The notes beneath the pieces were generated by a model, which saw nothing but the letters and a program-made list of their open reading frames with translations, was not told the DNA's origin and searched no databases. Made by a program: the position numbers and the translations under genes. From positions 15,624,001 to 15,688,000 of the forward strand of contig NC_043007.1 of assembly GCF_006345805.1 (NCBI RefSeq): 64,000 nt of DNA, read 5' to 3'. Origin of the DNA: Octopus sinensis. Lineage: Eukaryota. Every line of letters begins with the position of its first letter. The stretch's first letter is position 1. Shown one piece after another: positions 63,641-64,000 of this stretch.

Positions 63641-64000
63641 ATTTCCCAAATCACAAATATACTACAGCTATTAATACTCTGACTACTACTACTACGGCTC
63701 ATACAACTGCTTTTACTGCTGCTGCTGCTCCTATTACTATTGCAGTGACAATTTACCTTTAAAATATATGATACTGAAATGAATAACTTCATAACTCATT
63801 ATTAAATTATTGCTAATAATTATAATGGCTGCATAATTTCAGTGAGAAACAAAATTTAATTATAAGTTATTGGGGCTGCAGTGTATATAAATTATAGAGT
63901 AGAAGCGTGTATAATTTCCAGGCTGTAATCTATAGTTTAATCTGACGTGAGAAAGGAATATTATTCATAAAAGAAAAAGAAATCAAGTGAAGTATAAGTG

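Overview
This is eukaryotic, AT-rich, repeat-saturated non-coding DNA, most likely octopus (inferred from the SINE families and microsatellite load). No intact host protein-coding gene is supportable; nearly all listed ORFs are translations of microsatellites or SINEs. The window holds three abundant tRNA-headed SINE families (called A, B and C here), non-autonomous Helitrons and Tc1/mariner relics. It also holds an 8-bp-TSD MITE family (one copy splits a 5S rRNA pseudogene), CR1-like, Tx1-like and Dong/R4-like LINE relics, a 45-bp minisatellite born inside a SINE, and a 100-N gap. The main hidden signal is about 15 intact, variant or decayed minimal type-I hammerhead ribozyme (HHR) motifs from several unrelated sequence families. 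They sit in short ORF-less elements lodged in (TA)n tracts, as tandem repeats or asymmetric inverted repeats. This matches a Penelope-like/retrozyme-like non-autonomous system and includes a rare G3:C8 core-swapped ribozyme. All calls were made by eye; boundaries are approximate unless a TSD or TIR is quoted.
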